DNA of 64,000 bases from assembly GCA_002269645.1 (NCBI GenBank), contig NIVC01001237.1:124001-188000 (forward strand), written 5' to 3'. Positions 58,128 to 64,000 of this stretch are shown one piece after another. Position 1 is the first letter of the stretch; every line of letters begins with the position of its first letter. Origin of the DNA: Macrostomum lignano. Lineage: Eukaryota. The notes below the pieces were generated by a model. The model did not search any database, was not told the DNA's origin, and saw nothing but the letters and a program-made list of their open reading frames with translations. The position numbers and the translations under genes are program-made.

Positions 58128-60636
58128 TCAAGTTTGGCCTGGCGCAAATTTTGCTATATAAGCTTGGCAAGCCTCGCAGCATTGCAAAGAGTTGGACGAA
58201 TTCGCTAATATAGTATTACTGTTAGTAGTGTTATTCACTGGCTGACGCCGGCACATGTGGCACCAGACTATGCCGCCGGAAATTCGCTGTTCACCCCCCT
58301 GCCGCTGTTGCTGACCTTGTTCATCGAAGTCGTCATCCTCAGCTTCAGACAGGCAGCCAGTCGGCGTCACCTGAACTTCTGTCACTAATTCGCAGAAGGT
58401 GACCGATTTTTTGGCGGGATATTGCTGTTGCTGCTGTTGAAGGCAAGACTTCCTGACCACGCCAGGAGTTCTGGCAGCCCTCGGTGGCGGTGCAGCATCA
58501 GCTGCTGCTGCAGATTCAAAGAGATCCGGCTGCGATAAAGTCCTCTGCATGCTGGACACCCGCTGAGGCGGAGGTGGCGGCTTCTTCTTGATGCTGCTGA
58601 TGTATAGAGATGATGAAGGCGGACCCGGAGGCTGAGGCTGGGGCTGAGGCTGAGGCGAACGATCGTCACTGAGGGTGTCGCAGCCGGAGTCGTCGGGCAG
58701 ACTGCCGCCGCCGCCGTCGCCGCCACCGACATAGCCGAAGTTGTTGAATGTCGTCGCTGCTTCAGCTGCGGCCGCGGCAACGGCAGCTGCGGCCGCCTGG
58801 GTTTTCGAATTCGCCGACAAAGCTCGCTGCAGTTGGGCTCGACGCTCGCGACATCTGGCGGCCGAACGAGCCGCCGACTCTCTGGCCTCCGTGCCGACTG
58901 AGGGCACCCGGCTGGCCTGGTCGAAGGCCACCTCGGCCTGGGCGCACGAGTACAGCGCCGCGTGCAGGTCGCCTTGCTGCCCGGCGGACTGCGGGTTACA
59001 GTTGGTGGCGGAGGCGGATTAGCGGGGGCGGATGAGGGGCGGATACTGGGGGCGGATGATAGGGGCTGATGAGGGGGGTGGATGAGGCGCAGATAATGGG
59101 GCGGACGATAGGGCGGATGATGGGGGCTGATGAGGGGGGCGGATGAGGGGCATATATGGGGCGGATGATAGGGCGGATGATGGGGGCTGATGAGGGGGGC
59201 GGATGAGGGGCGGATACTGGGGGCGGATGATAGGGGCTGATGAGGGGGTGGATGAGGCGCAGATAATGGGGCGGACGATAGGGCGGATGATGGGGGCTGA
59301 TGAGGGGGGAGGATGAGGGGCATATATGGGGCGGATGATAGGGCGGATGATGGGGGCTGATGAGGGGGGCGGATGAGGGGCGGATACTGGGGGCGGATGA
59401 TAGGGGCTGATGAGGGGGGCGGATGAGGGGCATATATGGGGCGGATTATAGGGCGGATTATGGGGGCTGATGAGGGGGGCGGATGAGAGGCGGATACTGG
59501 GGGCGAATGATGGGGGCTGATGAGGGGGGCGGATGAGGGGCAGATAATGGGGCGGATGATAGGGAGGATGAGGGGCGGATGATAGGGCGGATGAGGGGGG
59601 CTGATGAGGGGGGCGGATGAGGGGCATATATGGGGCGGATTATAGGGCGGATTATGGGGGCTGATGAGGGGGGCGGATGAGAGGCGGATACTGGGGGCGA
59701 ATGATGGGGGCTGATGAGGGGGGCGGATGAGGGGCAGATAATGGGGCGGATGATAGGGAGGATGAGGGGCGGATGATAGGGCGGATGAGGGGGCGGATGA
59801 AAGGGACAGATAAGGGGTGGCTGGGGGCCGGATGGGAAGCGGATGGGGGCGGATAAGGGGCGGATGGGGGCGGATGGGAGTGCCAAGGATAAGCATGCAT
59901 AACAGAAACAGAGCCAGCAGCGCACCTGACATCGGTTCCAATGCCCGGCGGCCAGTTTAGTCAAGGTCTCGTGATACTCGGCCAGGCTGATTCGTTCGAT
60001 GCCAGTCAGCGGATCAGCCGACGGAGGCGGCGGCGGAGGCGGCTGAGAAGCTTCCAGCTGATCAGAGAATCCCGAATCTCGTTGCCTGCCACCGGTTGAA
60101 GAAAATGCTGCTTGTTGCTGTTGCTGCTGTTGTTGTTGTTGTTGTTGCTGGGCCTTCCGACTTTCAATCTGATGCACCCTCTGCAGCCTCAGGATGCTCT
60201 CCACCTGCCTAGTCGATATGTAGCTTGCCGCGCCTCCAAGCCTTGCCGATTGTTGCGACGAAGACGCTGCGCTTGACAACGGCATAGCAACCGACGATGC
60301 GGCCGATTGCGTGGAAGCTGCAGCCATGGGCTGAGATATTAGCTCCGTTCGTCTGGGAGCCGCTGTCAAATCTAGCGGAGTGCAGTGCTTGGGATCGCGG
60401 GCGTACAACAGCAGCAGAGGCTGGTAGCGGTTGGCAACGCAGCGATCAACCACCTGGGGACACCAGTTCGGGCCCAGCGGGGTCACCCGGGAGTCGTCCA
60501 GGCAGGACCAGGTGTTGGCGGATCGGTGTCGAAGGAATACGGCGTAGTGCCGGCTTGAGTAGCAGATGACGGCGGTGAGATGCAGAGCTGAGGCTGGATT
60601 GGCTGGGCCGCCCGAGTCTAAGGACCAGTCGAATAG
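58128..60636 (-). CDS. USP54: USP53/USP54 (echinus)-like deubiquitinase, last two exons (5'-partial)
   Basis: Exons 60636-59926 and 58988-58128, phase 0. [62 protein letters not shown] aligns with USP54 LYLVGMICYYGKHY...[36 protein letters not shown]. Upstream exons were not found in the window. Confidence 0.87.
59025..59880. repeat. G-rich GGGGCGGATGA array (USP54 last intron)
   Basis: Directly visible. Confidence 0.95.
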
Positions 60637-60729
60637 CTGGGGGAGGGAGAGAGAGAGGTGACCAAGATAGGTTACGTGATTTTCGATTTTTTTTCTAGTT
60701 TCTAGTCTGATGTTTCCAAGTTGTAGTTT

Positions 60730-61575
60730 GTGAACTGTCTATTTTGTGAATATAATAGTTTGTGAATAGTCTAGTTTGTAAATAGACTAGTTTGTGAATA
60801 GTCTAGTTTGTGAATAGTCTAGTTTGTGAATAGTCTAGTTTGTGAATAGTCCAGTTTGTGAATAGTCTAGTTTGTGAATATAATAGTTTGTGATCAGTCT
60901 AGTTTGTGAATAGTCTAGTTTGTGAATAGTCCAGTTTGCGAATAGTCTAATTTGTGAATAGTCCAGTTTGCGAATAGTCTAGTTTGTGAATAGTCTAGTT
61001 TGTGAGTAGTCTAGTTTGTGAATATAATAGTTTGTGAATAGTGTAGTTTGTGAACAGTCTAGTTTGTGAATAGAATAGTTTGTGAATAGACTAGTTTGTG
61101 AATAGTCTAGTTTGTGAATAGTCCAGTTTGTGAATATTCTAGTTTGTGGATAGTCTAGTTTGTGAATAGTCTAGTTTGTGAATAGTCTAGTTTGTGAATA
61201 TTCTAGTTTGTGAATAGTCTAGTTTATGGACAGTCCAGTTTGTAAATACTCCAGTTTGTGAATAGTCTAGTTTGTGAATAGTCTAGTTTGTGAATAGTCT
61301 AGTTTGTGAATATTCTAGTTTGTGAATAGTCTAGTTTATGGACAGTCCAGTTTGTAAATACTCCAGTTTGTGAATAGTCTAGTTTGTGAATAGTCTAGTT
61401 TGTGAATACTCCAGTTTGTGAATAGTCTAGTTTGTGAATAGTCTAGTTTATGGACAGTCCAGTTTGTAAATACTCCAGTTTGTGAATAGTCTAGTTTGTG
61501 AATAGTCTAGTTTGTGAATAGTTTCGTTTGTGAATAGTCTAGTTTGTGAATAGTCCAGTGTGTGAATCGTCTAGA
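60730..61575. repeat. 16-bp minisatellite, about 50 copies
   Basis: Unit TAGTTTGTGAATAGTC. Confidence 0.95.
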
Positions 61576-62089
61576 AAGTATCTATTAAGGCAAATAGCTT
61601 ACGTGTCAGGTACCAGGTAAACCCGCCTCGAAAACCGGGACTTAAAACTTCTTTTAAAAAAGGCTACCTACTCTCCATTTTAGCTTGGCTATAATATATA
61701 AATACATGCAAGGTGTATGTTCAGGTATTTGTTTACATATAGCCTGATCCAGATTATTCTGGTTGAAATTGTACTTAACTAATCAAATAATGATAACATT
61801 AATAATATTTCTAACTCGGTTTGATACTAGAAAAGGTCTGTCGGTTTATGTGTAGACTAATTTTTGAAAGTTTTAGGCCCTGTTAAATTGACTTTTTCAT
61901 TAAAAGGTGAAGGCAAAAAATTGAAGACATAGATCACAACTAGCTTTTACCCTATAGTTAGTGGAAATTGATTTTTTTGTTAAAGCACAAATCATTCATC
62001 GTTGCACCATCACTAAACTCATAAAGCAGTTACTCGTATAGAGCAATTTAACCGTTATCTAAAGCAGAGTTTGGCAAACTTGTTTACCT

Positions 62090-62960
<871 letters not shown>

Positions 62961-63489
62961 AAACCGTGAGCGGACGGGATTGCAAGTTTTAAAAAACAAG
63001 AGCGCCAGATAGACAGGGCAATCCAAGATTACAGGTCCAGCTGGCTAGGTAACTGTGCAAATTCGGATGCAGCAGGAGTCAGAAGAGCCAAAACAATCCC
63101 CAATTCCCGTGGCTTTATCTGTCGGTAAACCTCCAACTCAACTCATATTGTACCTACACAGTTAGTTGTACTAAAGTTTTTTTACTGTTCTGACGAGAAC
63201 AATAGAGCCATTCTTCGTCACGGCAGAATGGACTTGGGGGGTCGGGGGAGTGTGGGAGACAGCATATTTTTTCCCAAAATTCCCACCATACACAACACAG
63301 CCAGTATAATATTATAGCTAATATACTCGCACCCGTATCTGGTTGCTGGGGGCGACTCAAGAAAATCCTGACTTTTGTACTCACTTCTCCCAACAAAACT
63401 ATTATTTCTGTTCTATTATTTGTTTAAAAACTTCAGTACAGAGGTTTGAATTTTACGTCACCTAGAAGTCTTCTAAAATTGGATGCTTG

Positions 63490-63990
63490 AAACTTAGGTT
63501 CCAGTGATGAAACTTAGGTTCCAGTGATGAAACTTATGTCTAGTGATGAAATTTATGTCTAGTGATGAAATTTAGGTCTAGTGATGAAATTTAGGTCTAG
63601 TGATGAAATTTAGGTCTAGTGATGAAATTTAGGTCTAGTGATGAAATTTATGTCTAGTGATGAAATTTAGGTCTAGTGATGAAATTTAGGTCTAGTGATG
63701 AAATTTAGGTCTAGTGATGAAATTTATGTCTAGTGATGAAATTTAGGTCTAGTGATGAAATTTAGGTCTAGTGATGAAATTTAGGTCTAGTGATGAAATT
63801 TAGGTCTAGTGATGAAATTTATGTCTAGTGATGAAATTTAGGTCTAGTGATGAAATTTAGGTCTAGTGATGAAATTTAGGTCTAGTGATGAAATTTAGGT
63901 CTAGTGATGAAATTTAGGTCTAGTGATGAAATTTACGTCTAGTGATTCAGTCTTTTAGAATTTAGATATTTTGAAATTTAGGTCCAGTGT
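63490..63990. repeat. 19-bp minisatellite, about 24 copies
   Basis: Unit TCTAGTGATGAAATTTAGG. Confidence 0.95.
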
Positions 63991-64000
63991 TGAAATTCAG

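Noticed and set aside
63490-63990. C/D snoRNA cluster (GTGATGA C-box in each unit)
   Set aside because: No matching CTGA D-box or guide region, a 19-bp period is too short, and it is antisense to the presumed host gene.

Overview
This is eukaryotic (metazoan) genomic DNA with GT-AG introns, not a prokaryotic locus. The dense intronic minisatellites, poly-Q/poly-A proteins and an NPF gene suggest a free-living flatworm such as Macrostomum; that assignment is inference. Seven spliced genes could be reconstructed by hand with consistent exon phases: (+) a retinoic acid receptor (RAR/NR1B) orthologue, (-) an NPF/NPY precursor, (-) a divergent bestrophin, (-) a 12-exon FRMD4-like FERM protein, (+) an NBR1-like autophagy receptor, (+) a secreted PAN-like/fibrinogen-domain protein, and (-) the 3' part of a USP53/54 (echinus)-type deubiquitinase. 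Nearly all long ORFs in the supplied track are artefacts of about 40 tandem arrays. Almost every long intron carries its own minisatellite. Two MITE families and two tRNA-derived SINE-like elements are present. Main leads: (1) the RAR has lost the retinoic-acid carboxylate-binding arginine; (2) a 2-kb stretch has zero CpG; (3) near-perfect RFX X-boxes sit inside coding exons; (4) several minisatellites are built from transcription-factor motifs (AP-1, STAT/GAS, GATA); (5) the bestrophin has a rewired Ca2+ clasp; (6) the NBR1-like protein has no recognisable PB1 domain and lacks the FW-domain tryptophans. All alignments were made by eye against remembered family sequences; no database searches were run.
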